A DNA stretch of 64,000 nt from Phoronis australis (lineage: Eukaryota; Animalia; Phoronida), in NCBI GenBank assembly GCA_002633005.1, contig NMRA01000661.1, positions 155,718-219,717 on the forward strand, read 5' to 3'. Shown here piece by piece: positions 34,701 through 48,600 of this stretch; position 1 is the stretch's first letter; the number at the start of each line of letters is the position of its first letter. The translations under genes were made by a program, and so were the position numbers. The notes under the pieces were generated by a model, which saw nothing but the letters and a program-made list of their open reading frames with translations, ran no database searches and was not told where the DNA came from.

Positions 34701-37700
34701 GCTATACACCCTCTAGATTCTGCTAAATTTGTTACATAACAGGCCAACTGTACTTTAATTTGGGTTTGGCACATGCGACCTCATTAAAAACCAAAATTGT
34801 GTCCTTTCAATGACAACGTGTTACAATCAATCAATCAGTAAATCAATCAGTCAATCAATCAATCAATAACATGCATTGTACATCATAGGCATTGCCTACA
34901 CATACACAAATACATAAATTCAAATATGTGAGGTGTTGCGGGACATGGGGGTTTAAAGAGTAGCGAGGTCACCGACGGACTACCCAACACCATCTGGTGG
35001 ACAGGTGTGAATATCATTAGAAACAATACTTAATCCCCAGTATCTAGTACTTTGTCAAGAGATAAGTATAAGACCAGCAGAGCACAAAGTGCCTACAGTA
35101 TCAGGAAGTTCCATTACGTGGGGCAATATCCAATCCATTAGCAATGACTTCAAAATTATGGCTACACTTTCAACAATGATACTCACTGGCTTGTTTATCA
35201 GCATGCATGACACTGGAGTAAAGCTTGTTGAGAACGCTTAACAATAGACTGGGCTACTTGTATCTGAAAACTTCAATCGTGTAGGAAACTCACTAAATGG
35301 TAGACTTTTGTACCATGAACTCAAGACCAGCCCATGCACTACCTTGACCACCCAAGTTACCAACGCTTACCTCTTTGTACACAAACACTATCTTCCCATA
35401 TTGGTACAACTGGACTTGAAACGAGAACTTGCCAACTGAAACATGAGACGACAGTTTGTAAAATAAGCTCCGCAGACTGCTGGTCAAGCAAAGAGCCTGG
35501 TCAGCTAGATGTTGCTGCACTCTCCAGCCAATGGACTAACGGCTTCTGTCTTGGGCATAATCCCTGGTCTACGAGTAAAAAAGTGCTCCTGTGTTACTCT
35601 CCGTGAAACTAAGCAGCCCCAACACAACGGCATAGCAACAGTAACCACCAGTGGTTAGTCAGCATTACAAACCCTTCATGACTCTAAACACTCTCTCCCA
35701 CTTAAGAATTAATGAGGCCACGATAACTTCAAACATACCCTTAAGACTAGGCTCTCTGTAATAGGTTACTTTAAACAAGAGCTCAGATAAGCCATAATGA
35801 TACCTAAAACCGGGGACAATTATCCACTCTTCATCTACTCCAAGTCAGTTATTGGCATAACACCGACCAATCACCAAGTCAACATTACCCTGGCGTCAAT
35901 TGCTCATTGAATTAATGCAATGTTCATAGTACACCGATGTTGCTTCAAAGATTTAAAAACCAGTCAGTGCGTCCTTACCATTAGGCTGATCGTTAAGCTG
36001 CACATTCTCCCACTGAACAATCAGGTTTTTGGGATTTTCCTTTTCTGAAAAGAGAACCAAATTGATTGCCCAAGACAAATCTCTAGACAAATCCACAGGC
36101 ATTCAAAGCAGACAAACACATTATGAAGAAAACAAATTCAGCAAAAATGATAAGTATAAAAGACACCTGTTGAATGAAAAAAAAACAAGACAAAGAAACA
36201 TCTCGTAGTCTTTAACTTCTATCTGTCTAACAGAGGGCATTATGAGTCACTCACGATTAATTTGGTAGTGGATTAGCGAGTCGGAGCCGAGAGTAGTGTC
36301 AAAGTTGGCCATCAGAGGCGCTATATACTGTGTTGCTGTCAGGAACTGGTGGAGGAAGTCACTCATGTATAGAAAGCCGCCTGTTGCTATGGTGATCTTC
36401 TGCTGCAAGTGTCCATAGAATAGAAATTGGAAGGGGAGCTTGATGGCCTACAAAGAAATAAAAATTGTGTAATATGATTTAAAAATTTTCTGGATTAAAC
36501 CATCTTATTTTACTAACGGATTAAGTATTTTATTTTACTTACAAAATGATTCAAACAAAGCATTTATTGCACAAACTCAAACAGTTGAAGCGTTTTTATT
36601 TGCTGATTAACTAGGCACATCCAAGTGGGTGTTAACTGATCTTCAGTAACAGGATTATCCAACAGATGTTTGAATCGAGAATTATCTCCCTCAGAAGTAC
36701 AGATTAAGATCGCAGCATTTAAAAACAATTGTGACCTGCTTGGCTTCACAGCCTCTTGTTAGGAACAGGAACCAAATACTGACAAGGAATTGTCGGGAGG
36801 CCCATACACGACTATCGATTAAAGCAGCGATGAATCCTCCCATTTAAACTATTAAGGATGTACTGCACCCAGTTTATGGCGTTACTAATATAACATGCAA
36901 TTAGGAAAAGAAACTCCAGGGATTTTAAGAATTAAAACAACGGGCAAGTACACAGAAAAACAATGTTATTCACTGCATGTGATTTAAATTTCCAGAGACT
37001 GGTTTGCAAACCAGCATGAGTTAAGACACACGACAGTCCTTAGAAAATATTTGAAGTCCACGACTGCACATAATCCCAGCAAAATCAGAAAACATTGTCA
37101 TAGCTTAACTAACACTAGTTAACAGAGAATGGTAAGTTTTACTGACAACTAGTAAAAAGCCACGTATGTTAAACATTTGAGTATTTATACGCACAACAAA
37201 GAAAATACTTGTGATAACAATCGGACTATTAACCTGTTGGCAATATCATGCAACTACTGCATGTAGCCATATACATCATAGGCACCTCAACATCATATCT
37301 ATTGGTTTGGCTAGATGCCAAGCTACAGGAATGATCAGTGACAGTTATTTTCCTTTCCGGCCAATTTCGCAATCAGTTGTTCATTCTTTCTACTATATAG
37401 ATTACTGTTCATTTATTAAGTTTCTCAGAAAATAAGGGCCAACACAGAAGGTACGCATAGTTTTTGGATGACTGATTCGAGCACTTTTATTCGTACGAAC
37501 ACAGTGTGTCATGGCCTTCTCATCAACATGTTAACATAATTTATGTATATTTTCATAATGATCCTTTGAGCAGTATGGCAGATAGAGAGTAGGAAGGCAG
37601 AAAATGGCAGAACATCCGTCTGAAAATGGAATGGCATTATTGCCTCCGTATTAAAATCATATTTGCCAAATTTCATGAAGATCTGCCAACTGAAGGAACT

Positions 37701-39556
37701 CCGAGGATACAGAGACAAATGTAAAAAATTAAAACTGACACCAGCAGGCATAGCCGTATGCAAGTCAGTTTGAAACTAATGAGCTTGAAGCTCCCTTACT
37801 CCTACAAATAGCAAACTTTCAGAATATTTACATTACTAGTAATTCATCAAACACCTACAGTAAATCCTTACCACAGCAGTCTTGTGGCTGTTCGAGAGAA
37901 TCTTGTGAGTGATGATCCTTTCCTTTGAAGGATCTAATTTCCGCCAGAGATCCATGCCATCTGATTGAACTTTTGAGTTGTAGTAAATGTGCTGGTCCTG
38001 GAAACGGGCAAAAATATTGAATGTAAGGCATAAAAACCTAAATAAGTGCCTTTTGTAAATTAATTTCTTCAGCTGCTAAGTTACCGGTAACACAATTATG
38101 ATGCCTAATTTGACTTAGTGATAACACAATTTTTAAATAATTTGATAGTCAGAAAAATATTTTTGTACAGTTACACACTTTCAAGCTGCAAGGCTTATGA
38201 CTCTACGACTGTCCAAACATGTTTCTACTGAAACACTTTTGTTTTCATTAATCAAACACGGTACTTGATACTAAAAGAATCAATGCTAAATATCAAGAGG
38301 GGATCCATAAATACGGTCCCCCCTGCACGGGGCACTTTTACATTGCTACAGCAGAGGAAAACTTCTATCCACCTTTTTATCCAGAGAGAACCATGGACGG
38401 GGACTAATCTTCCTCAAAGGTGCAAAATGCTCCACGAAAATAAAATATAGCGTGTTGCCTTCTCAGTAAGTGACCAAGGAAAGTGACCCTGGACAGAGTT
38501 GATAGTAGGTACCTCCACAACAGGGTATGGTCCAAGAGTCATCTGACCACTAGTCTTTTTTGTTGTCACACGAGGCGCTGCTGGAGTCGTTGTTGGCATC
38601 GTTGACACAGTTGCTGAAGGGGTGGTTGTTGGGGCCATTACTGGGTTCATAGTCAGCACTTCGGGTGTGGTGTTGTTGAGACTACCCAGCTCCCTCTTGT
38701 GGCGAGGATGTTCAACAAAGGACAGCACATTGTTGCCAAAGGTGTTGACAGTGTATTGGAATGGTTCTGCATCTGAAAAATTGGCGCAGAGTCTTAAACA
38801 GGGTTGCACAGTATGATGTTCCAGAACTTTCAACCTTGGTGATGTAAAAAAATAGTCTGTTACGTCGCCGGTGTATTCTGCAATTGTTGCCGGGACATTC
38901 ATATGTAAATGAACTGTTGTGTTGGTGCGTTCAAATGTTCGACCTGGGTGCGGCAGTCGAGACCCAGTTGTGACATGGTGTAGAGTGTGTAAAAGCCGTT
39001 TGGTCACAATGGAACGTTCGTGCCAATAGTGAAGATGTGTAACATTCAGCGGACAAAGTGGGGACCGCAAGAAAATGGTCATCGAAGTCGGATGCTGAAG
39101 GGATCGAACTGACCACAAGTGGACCATAACGAACTGTGCTAAATGATAAGTTGGACTCTGACTCAGTATTATTAGTTTGGGTGCCACATGGAGAGTGGTC
39201 AACCTCATTATTATACTTATTTGTGTTTGTGTGTAAACGTTTGTTAATGTTGGAAGCTTCAATTAAATATTATTTCTTTTAAACTTGTTTCTATTGAATA
39301 GCCTGGTTAAAGTCAGGTCATGACAGATGTTTCATTTGATGGACAGGTGTAAAGCTATGTAACTCATTAGGTTCCTACAGCATGTATACACTAACCAAAA
39401 CATTTTCATGAGACATCTTTTTGACATGAAAAACAAGTCCACAAAATGTTTAGAGATATGTTATCTCGTGGCAATCTATCAGAATGATTCACTATCTTTG
39501 AAACATCAACAGGTCACTGCAAAACGAGCAATGGATGAACAACAATGACCACCACC

Positions 39557-39616
<60 letters not shown>

Positions 39617-42600
39617 GAATTTGCTTTAAGTACTGTTTTTGTGATTTTTTTCTAATACATTTATTTACCCATAAATCATACCATCGGTAGATATGGCTGG
39701 GGTTGGGTGGCCAAGGTTCACATTGAACAAATATGGATTTTGACACCAAACACTGGGCATACATTGGGTTTGACAAGAAACAACCTCTTGCATTCAAAGT
39801 TTCAACACAAAGCCGTAAACCAATGTTTTGTCACCATGATAACTTCAATCTACCTTTTGTATCCCCTGAGCAACTGATGAATAGAATTGGTATTAAACAA
39901 ATTGTGAAACTGACATGGCAAAGATATTTAGGTCATCCTCATAATAACTAGTGGTAAGGGATAGATGACCACAGATATGCACAAAAGGTAAACAACCTTG
40001 GTCTTTTTGGGTGGTGTTCTGTGTGTTATGTACAGTTTTGTTATTCAGGACATTTACAACACAATCACAACGCATCTACCCTAATTCATTTTTGCCCATC
40101 CTCAAAATGCCCCACATCAAGATACATGTAATAATATATATTTGTGAAGTCTCACTGGTTTGTAAGGAGAACAATTATCAATGTGAAAGTCACATTATAA
40201 ACAAACCAAATATTCAGAACGTACCATTCCCCTTACATTTGCTACACAAGTTCTCCCTTCCTAACACAATAGCGGAGTTGCAACGCCGCCATATTGGAAA
40301 TGGGTCAGAATGTTGCATTGTGGTTAAGCCGATAAACAAGTACGTCGGCAAGCGTGGGGGCGAACCGGCCACAGGGAGATTATACGTGTTGTGTGCCTGG
40401 CATGCAATAACACCAGTTAACGAGATAAAAAATTTAGTAACTACCTGTTTCCCAAGGATCAAGAACTGCGTTAAACATGGGTCAGAGACATTAGTAGAGA
40501 TGGTAGCAAAGGACGACTTCGTGAATTCTTTCCAATTGGTAGCATAAAGTATGCAGCGCTCATTTTGAGAGCGGCAAGAAAACGTATCTTGGAAACTGCC
40601 CAACAATATCTCCCTTCAAAGAAACAGTAACAAAATACTCTACGGCGGTTGGTAGTGAAAAAAAAATCTTGTTTTCGCTTGACCAGAACCAAGCCAACAT
40701 GAGCAATTTTGAGGATAATGCCTCTGCACAATCACCTGTTCTGGGTCAACACACGTAACGTACGCTCACTATAGGTATTACGCGCTAGGATAAAGCGTGC
40801 AGAATATTATTATTTACTTTCTACAAAATTGTGGTGCATTGCTATCAAAATTCGTTGTTAAATTACGATCATTTTTCATAAAATTGTGTTGGAAGTCCCA
40901 GGGCGAAATCTTGCCGACAAATGCGTAGCTGCCGGTCTCGCAATCGTCAATAGGGCTTGAATTCTTGAATAAGAATACAGCTTCGACTCAGCAAATTACC
41001 TGAAATCCTCCTCAAGTTTTCCAAATAGCGTCTCTAAGATTTTTAAGTTCTTGTGGAGACTGGATTAACTGCAGATTAAGTCCAAATCTGCGCTAGATTG
41101 TAGCCCACAACACGATAAAAATCTCTGGAGGAACACACATGTTGTTGTCACGTGACGTTTGTTTTGAAGTTTGTATGCGTATGTGTGAAAGTAAGCGTGC
41201 GTGCAGAGTTCATTTGCCAGAGTAATGTAATGATCTAGGTGTGCATTGTATCCAAAGAAATTAAGTCAAGCAGTCAAGCAGAGCGTGTTTTAATATTTAG
41301 CTTAGCACTTGCTGGCCTCATCTGCTAAAAAACGTTTGAGAATTTTTTCCGTAAGACCGATATGTCATTCATTGAGTCGCCGGGTGAGTAGATGCTTGAC
41401 GGTAGTGTAACAGCTATTTTCCGGAAGATTTGGGGTGCAAGGGTGCGAAGTGGGTCATTTTGACCTTAAAAACACCAATTACGATTAGTTAAATAATTTC
41501 TCTTCAAAAAATGCAAAAGCTTTTTACGGTATTAGAAACTTTCGGAAATTAGTGCCAATACTTATTTGCCGATGCTTTGTTACCCGTTTCATGAATAGAT
41601 AGTTCCCGACTAAATGTCTTCGATGACAGCCGGTACATTATGCAGCTCGCGCTTCTTGGCCGCGTGCTAACACTGGTCGATTTTTTATTAGTCTTCGATT
41701 CACAGTTTTCACGTGTACAAAGAAGTTTGGATTCCTGTTGAGGCCGGAGAAGATCTTTAACTGAAAGAAACAATGCAAGGCCGCTGACAAGTGCGCTGCA
41801 TCTCTTTTCAAAGTCCACACCCGCGTAGTGGGGCACATCCCTCGCAAGAGCAGCAAAACTTGTGCGTTCTTTTTGAATCGCGGCGTAAGTTTGAAGTGAA
41901 TACGGACATAACGGTGAGGCTCGTGGTCTACAAATTCAGGACTGTCGGATCTTTCAATTGATAAATTGGAGACGTTAGAACTGTAGGTAAGGGCATTTTT
42001 CGCAAGTAGTTCATGGGCTGGGCGCTTACTTTAGCAAAGTCTGAAAACGCGTTGGGGCACTTGTTGGGGCATGGGCGCTTATTAGGGCGAATAGCGGCAG
42101 AATTGCATACCGCAGCATAGTTTAATGCACACAAATCACACGTCATGCAAACCAATCGGCCATTCCATTTACCCTTATCAATCCCAGTAGCCTTTGCGCA
42201 CCCTAATTTCCGGACATGCGCAATCGTTAAATCAGTTCGGTTGCAACTCCGCTATTTTGTACCTACAAATTTAATACACTGTTAACAGTCTGGTTTATAA
42301 GCTCATGTAAGCGCCCAACTCCTCCTTTGCTTAACACTTTCAGATCGAGCATCTACCGCTCAGACTAGTGGGAGCATCCACCCATAATTTGCACACCAGA
42401 TTTGATTTTCAAATGCAGAAGCGGCATCAATTTCTAGTGTAATTATGGCCATAACCGCAACATGGCCATCAGATAAGTACATTAAAAATGGTGGCATCAT
42501 CTGATTTACCACACAAGACAGCCGCAAGTAGAATTTTATTTTGAAAACTTTCTCAACAAAAACGAACAATAACAAGAGCAACGCGGATCATTGAAATGCG

Positions 42601-45600
42601 CCCACGAATGCATCCCCATCAGGGTGCTTCTAGGGTTTCTTAGTTGTATTATAAAAGGGCTACTAGATAGCGCAAAATTTAATGTACAATCCATTCCAAA
42701 ACGGGAACATGTTATCGCCTCCTTAACAAAAAGTTTACCAGATTTCATAAAATTTGTCAAGGAACTCCAGAGAAACAGAAGAAAATGGAAGAAAAAATGA
42801 TATAGCCAATAGGGGACACAGCGTTTGTTAGATCCGCCTAAGTCGTCGTTGTCTATTGTTAGCTTATATAGATACACTAAATAAATTTAATAAAGATCCT
42901 GCAATGGGTTTAGGAGATACAGCTAGGTGGCACAAATCACCTCAACTTCATCTAAAAGCAAGAGGATAGTGTCATCTCACTAATGCCAATATTACAAATT
43001 TTATGAAAATACATTACGGACTTTTGAGGTACAGAGGTAAAATGTAAAAAACTGAAATTGCCAATAGGGGACATAAAGTCATGGTCGTCCGTTGCCAACA
43101 TCATATAAACACACCAGCTAAATTTAGTGAAGATCCTACAAACGATTTAGGAGATACATCCATGAACACAAAAAAACTGCCACTAGGAGGCACCACAGAA
43201 CTCAAAGTCATCAGAAAATCATCATGACCCGTCCTCTTCATAGTAAAAACAGACATGCAAATTTTCACAATCATCCTTGGAGCGATTAGTTGATAAAGGG
43301 TTGGACCCCAAAAATAGCAGACTGGGAAAGGAAAAAATGGCCACTAGGTGGCGCAACCTGCATCAAATCCATTCGGAAATGGGAAGATAGCGTCACCTCA
43401 CTCACAGATGCCTATAATGCCAAATTTTATGAAAATCCGTTAAGGAATTTTGAAGATACAGAGGTAAACATAAAAAAACTAAAATTGCTACTACGAGGCA
43501 CACCAGTAGTCTGATCCATTCGAAAGTCGTTGTCATCATTGTCAAATTTAATAAAAAATCCTGTAAACAATTTAAGCGCTAAAGCCATAAATCCCAAATA
43601 TGCCGGAAGGGCACCAACGCCAACAAACGTGTCAGAGGCCCACGGTGACTGGTGCAGGCTTTCAAGCAGCTTTAGGCAAAAAAGTACAAAAAAGTAGGAA
43701 CTGTGAATTGAAAAGCAGAAAACAGTAGCCCGAGACAAGCCCATAGCCAGTATTGTGCAGGACTGGTTCAGAATTCTGGAACGGTGGACCTTTTTTATTT
43801 TGAAAAAGGTGAAAACTGTAGAGTTTTCAGTAAGGCCCTTGACGCAGCGTAATTAGGGGAAATGGAAATCTCTGTGCACAATGACGACTCTCTGCTCCAC
43901 ATTCCTGAGATGAGACGAAAATGAGGATGCTGTGACAATTGCTCTTATAACACGGGACTCAAATTCAGATAAGTATTCTGGTCCAGAAAGAGAACGTTAT
44001 CGTGTTACCTCCAGCCAAAGTTTCAAATCAGGCATGTTTAAATGATTGATTACACCTCATTACATACTCAGACGAAATTTATAGTCTGAAAATGCCTTAA
44101 AGAAATTTTTTATTTGGTTGTATCTTTGCACGTTACTTACATCACTGAAAATAGTAATAGTCACATCTGACGCAGCCAAGTCAAGTTATTTTTGAAATTC
44201 ATCCTGGTACGGGAATTGGGGATAGTAAGGCCTATAAAAGATCTCCCAGCCGCAGAGCATCTAAAGCCGCGCACCGTACCAGTGACTGCTGGCAACTCAT
44301 CGGAGACTCAACTTTAACATCCTTCGCCGCAGAGATAACAACTCTTGGGCTGTCTCCGGTGAGTCCATTCTTTGTTGAATGATGTTTAGGTAAATTCTAA
44401 AGGTTCACTACTCTGAAGGATAACTACACCGAGAATATCTATAATTTCGAACTCAGGATTAATTTTTATACTTCTGCAGGTAAAAGTAAACGACACCTCA
44501 GTTATCAGATGCACTGAGCGTTGTACCTATACCGAAAACAACATCGGGGTACTATTGATTTCATGTGCATACGAAATTGCCTGCACATCTTACGAATGTG
44601 GAAAAATGAATAATTTTTTGGATTTTAAAAGGATAACAAACCAGGATTTGGCCTATTGAAAGATACTAAAAATGACATTCCCATCCAGTTCTCTGCATAA
44701 TGCCCTGTAACCCTTGATAACCCTCAAAGCTTGTTGAAGTTCTTAAAAGTTTGCTAAACAGACAAGCGTGACCTACACTTTTTTGCCAATAGCGGAGTTG
44801 CAACGCCGCCATATTGGAAATGGGTCAGAATGTTGCATTGTGGTTAAGCCGGTAAACAAGTACGTCGGCAAGCATGGGGGCGAACCGACCACAGGGAGGT
44901 TATACGTGTTGTGTGCCTGGCATGCTATAATACCAGTTAGCGAAATAAAAAATTTAGTTACTACCTGTTTCCCAAGGATCAAGAACTGCGTTAAACATGG
45001 GTCAGAGACATCGGTAGAGCTGGTAGCAAAGGCCGACTTCGTGAATTCTTTCCGACTTCGTAGCATAAAGTGTGCAGCGCTCATTTTGAGGGCGGCAAGA
45101 AAACGTATCTTAGAAACTGCCCAACAATATCTCCCTTCAAAGAAACAGTAACAAATACTCCACGGCGGTTGGTAGTGAAAAAAAAAACTTGTTTTCGCTT
45201 GACCAGAACCAAGCCAACATGAGCAATTTTGAGGATAATGCCTCTGCACAATCACCTGTTCTGGGTCGACTCACTTAACGTATGCACACTATATGCATTA
45301 CGCGCTAAGATAAAGCGTGCAGATTATTATTATTTACTTTCTACAAAATTGTGGTACATTGCTATCAAAATTCGTTGTTAAATTACGATCATTTTTCATA
45401 AAATTTTGTTGAAGTTCCAGGGCGAAATCTTGCCGACAAATGCGTAGCTGCTGGTCTCGCAATCGTCGATAGGGCTTGAATTCTTAAATAAGAATACAGC
45501 TTTGACTCAACAAATTACCTGAAATCCTCCTCAAGTTTTCCAAATAGCGTCTCTAAGATTTTTAAGTTCTTGTGAAGTCTGGATTAACTGCAGATTAAGT

Positions 45601-48600
45601 CCAAATCTGGCGCTAGATTGTAGCACGCAACCCGAGAAAAATCTCTGTGGGAACACATGTTGTTGTCACGTGACGTTTGTTTTGAAGTTTGTATGCGTGT
45701 GTGTGAGAGTAAGCGTGCGTGTGCTTGTCAGAGTTCATTTGCCAGAGTAATGTAATGATCTAGGTGTGCATTGTATCCAAAAAAAAAAAAAAAAATCAAG
45801 CAGTCAAGCAGGGCGTGTTTTAATATTTACGACTTAGCACTTGCTGGCCTCATCTGCTAAAAACGTTCGAGAATTTTTTCGGTAAGACCGACATGTCACT
45901 CATTGAGTCGCCGGGTGAGTGGATGCGTGACCGTAGTGTAACAGCTATTTCCCGGAAGATTTGGGGTGTAAGGGTGCGAAGTGGGTCATTTTGACCTTAA
46001 AAACACCAATTATGATTAGTTAAATAATTTCTCTTAAAAATAATGCAGAAGCTTTTTACGGTATTGGAAACTTTCGGAAATTAGTGCCAATATTTATTTG
46101 CCGATGCTATGTTACCCGATTAATCTTCGATGACAGTCGGTACATTATGCAGCGCGCGCTTCTTGGTCGCGTGCTAACACTGGTCGAGTTTTTTTTTTTA
46201 GTCTTCGATTCACGGTTTTCACATGCACAAAGAAGTTTGAGGCCGGAGAAGATCTGTACTGGAAAGAAACAATGCAATCCCGCTCTTTGACAAGTACGCT
46301 GTGTCTGTTTTCAAAGTCCAGACCCGCGTAGTGGGGCACATCCCTCGCAAGAGCAGCAAAACTTCTGCGTTCTTTTTGAATCGCGGCGTAAGTTTGAAGT
46401 GTATACGGACATAACGGTGAGGCTCGTGGTCCGTTACAAATTCAGGCTGTCGGATCTTTCAATTGATAAATTGGAGACGTTAGAACTGTAGGTAAGGGCA
46501 TTTTTCGCATGTAGTTCATGGGCTGGGCGCTTACTTTAGCAAAGTCTGAAAACGCGTTGGGGCACTTGTTGAGCCATGGGCGCTAATTAGGGCGAATAGC
46601 GGCAGAATTACATACAGCAGCGTAGTTTAATGCACACAAATTACACGTCGTGCAAACCAGTCGGTCATCCCATTTACCATCAACAATCCCAGTAGCCTTT
46701 GCGCACCCTAATTTCAGGACATGCGCAATCGTTAAATCGATTCGGTTGCAACTCCGCTATTACACAGCAGCTGTGGGAAGACCATACACCAAGGAGCATA
46801 TTATGTCCAAACTGTGACATGGGTTGTATGAATTTTCAATAGATTCTTTTCTTAAAAAGGATACTAAATCATGTTTTGAGGATTTCAGCCAATCCTTGTT
46901 CTCATACCTGCTGATGCATCATCGGCGTCAATCTTGAAAGATAAAAGCAGGAATCAAGTAAGAATTCATACCTGCTCTCCCACAAGTTGGACATTATGAT
47001 CATTAGTAGGTAAGTCTTTTCAGATATAGATGCCATGCAATTTGCCTAGGTCTTACTTGGCCCTATAGAAGACTTTGAAATGGAGTTTTCTACTTTTCCT
47101 CAAAACTTTTACATTACAGAGCATTATTTTGTTTCAGAGAACTGGAAAGGAAAGTCGTTTTTAGTATCTGTTAATAGGCCGAAACCGGGTTTGGTACACT
47201 CTTAACTCAGAAGATTGATGCCAGTGTAGCAAGTGACAGAACCGATTTTTGGTGGAAATCATCATAAATTGTAACACGGTTTAGCACCCTTTTAAAACAA
47301 TATGAAATAGGAATGTTGGTTGTCAGCCACGTTACATTCATCAAACCCATGTCAAGATCGCATCATTTCACAAAGCGGCTGCAGGGCTTTATCCAGGATT
47401 TCGAAAACAGGGTGTCCAAAATGGGGTTCCAAATATTCCAGAGTGTCCATGATTGCAACAACGCATTTTCCCCACACCCTACCACCATTCACCAGTAACC
47501 TCCCACCCCAAACACACACAGTAGGGCTTTTTACAAAAATGAGTAGAACAAGGCTTTTGCATTTAAGTTTTAAAAAACAGCTCCCTTGAAGTGAGCTTTT
47601 TTACTAAAAAAACTGCGTGGATCAAGACATTTATGGGTAAATTTACGAAAACAACCAAACAGTTTACCATCTGAACATACATTACAAATATTGGTTGAAC
47701 GATGAGTGCACTGTTTTTGGTGATCCCAAGTCAAATTTCTGTTATAAAGTTTATCATATCATCTTAACAAGCTTTATATTCTGTACAATGAGTCATCAAA
47801 GCTGCAGTTACCAACAAAAGAAAAATGCACAGATGATGGTTTATATTTTTGCAACAGGTGTCACTGCTGCTCCATATCAAAACACACATAGAAAAGCATG
47901 AAACAGGTGCAAACTCAAACATTTTAAATTGGAATACTCTTGTGGTACAATATATTATTAAAATAATGACATTTATTTCGATTTTGATGTTAAAAAAGAT
48001 GAAAAACATGAAACTACAACTCTACAACACCACTTTGAAGTTAACCAAGGTCGGTGTCCGTGTACTGAATTACATATAGAGTTAATTCGTTGAAAGCAGA
48101 GACTGCAGTGGTACAGGTTTTAGCAACCAAATACCTGCTAATGATTGAGAGGTCTTCTCAATACTTTGAACCTAGTTTGAACATTGCAACATTTTTTGAA
48201 AGAGCCAACACTTCTCTCTAGAACTGTCTTGCATTTTTCATTAACTAGGAGTGGGTGTCCAAACTGGAGAAATTCTGCATGAATGCCTGTGCAGCTAAGC
48301 TACTTAATAGGGCCAGTCTGCACCTCAACCTCACCCCATGGAACCGTGCGCATGGCGGTCGAAACTAAATGTAGTTAGAAGGCTACCCTGTCCCTGCCAG
48401 TCTTCACAAAATCAAAGTCCCATTCAGTCTTCTTAAATTGAAAACTGGCGTTGGTCGCTTCCCATGCCCCAGATGTTGTCCCCGGTTGAGAAAGAGTTGT
48501 CAGTTAGATCCAAGAATCACGATTGTCAGTGTTTGGAAATGAGCTCATTTGTAAACACTGTAAGCAAATTTGTTTTAAGACTATTCAAAGTTAACCTTCA

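Noticed and set aside
38773-39262. Long stop-free extension upstream of PLXDC exon 2 (282-aa ORF)
   Set aside because: No ATG-led signal peptide or recognisable domain; the acceptor at 38773 joins exon 1 in phase.
39492-39797. Poly-Leu membrane-like ORF
   Set aside because: Artefact of the (CAA)n microsatellite.
40011-40606. 178-aa and 130-aa ORFs (and counterparts at 44768-45255)
   Set aside because: Off-frame or antisense readings of the disrupted THAP remnant.
46908-47062. Two CAG|GTATGA donors suggesting extra PLXDC exons in intron 1
   Set aside because: The 91-nt candidate has stops in all frames, the 25-nt one breaks phase, and the gap between them is only 39 nt.
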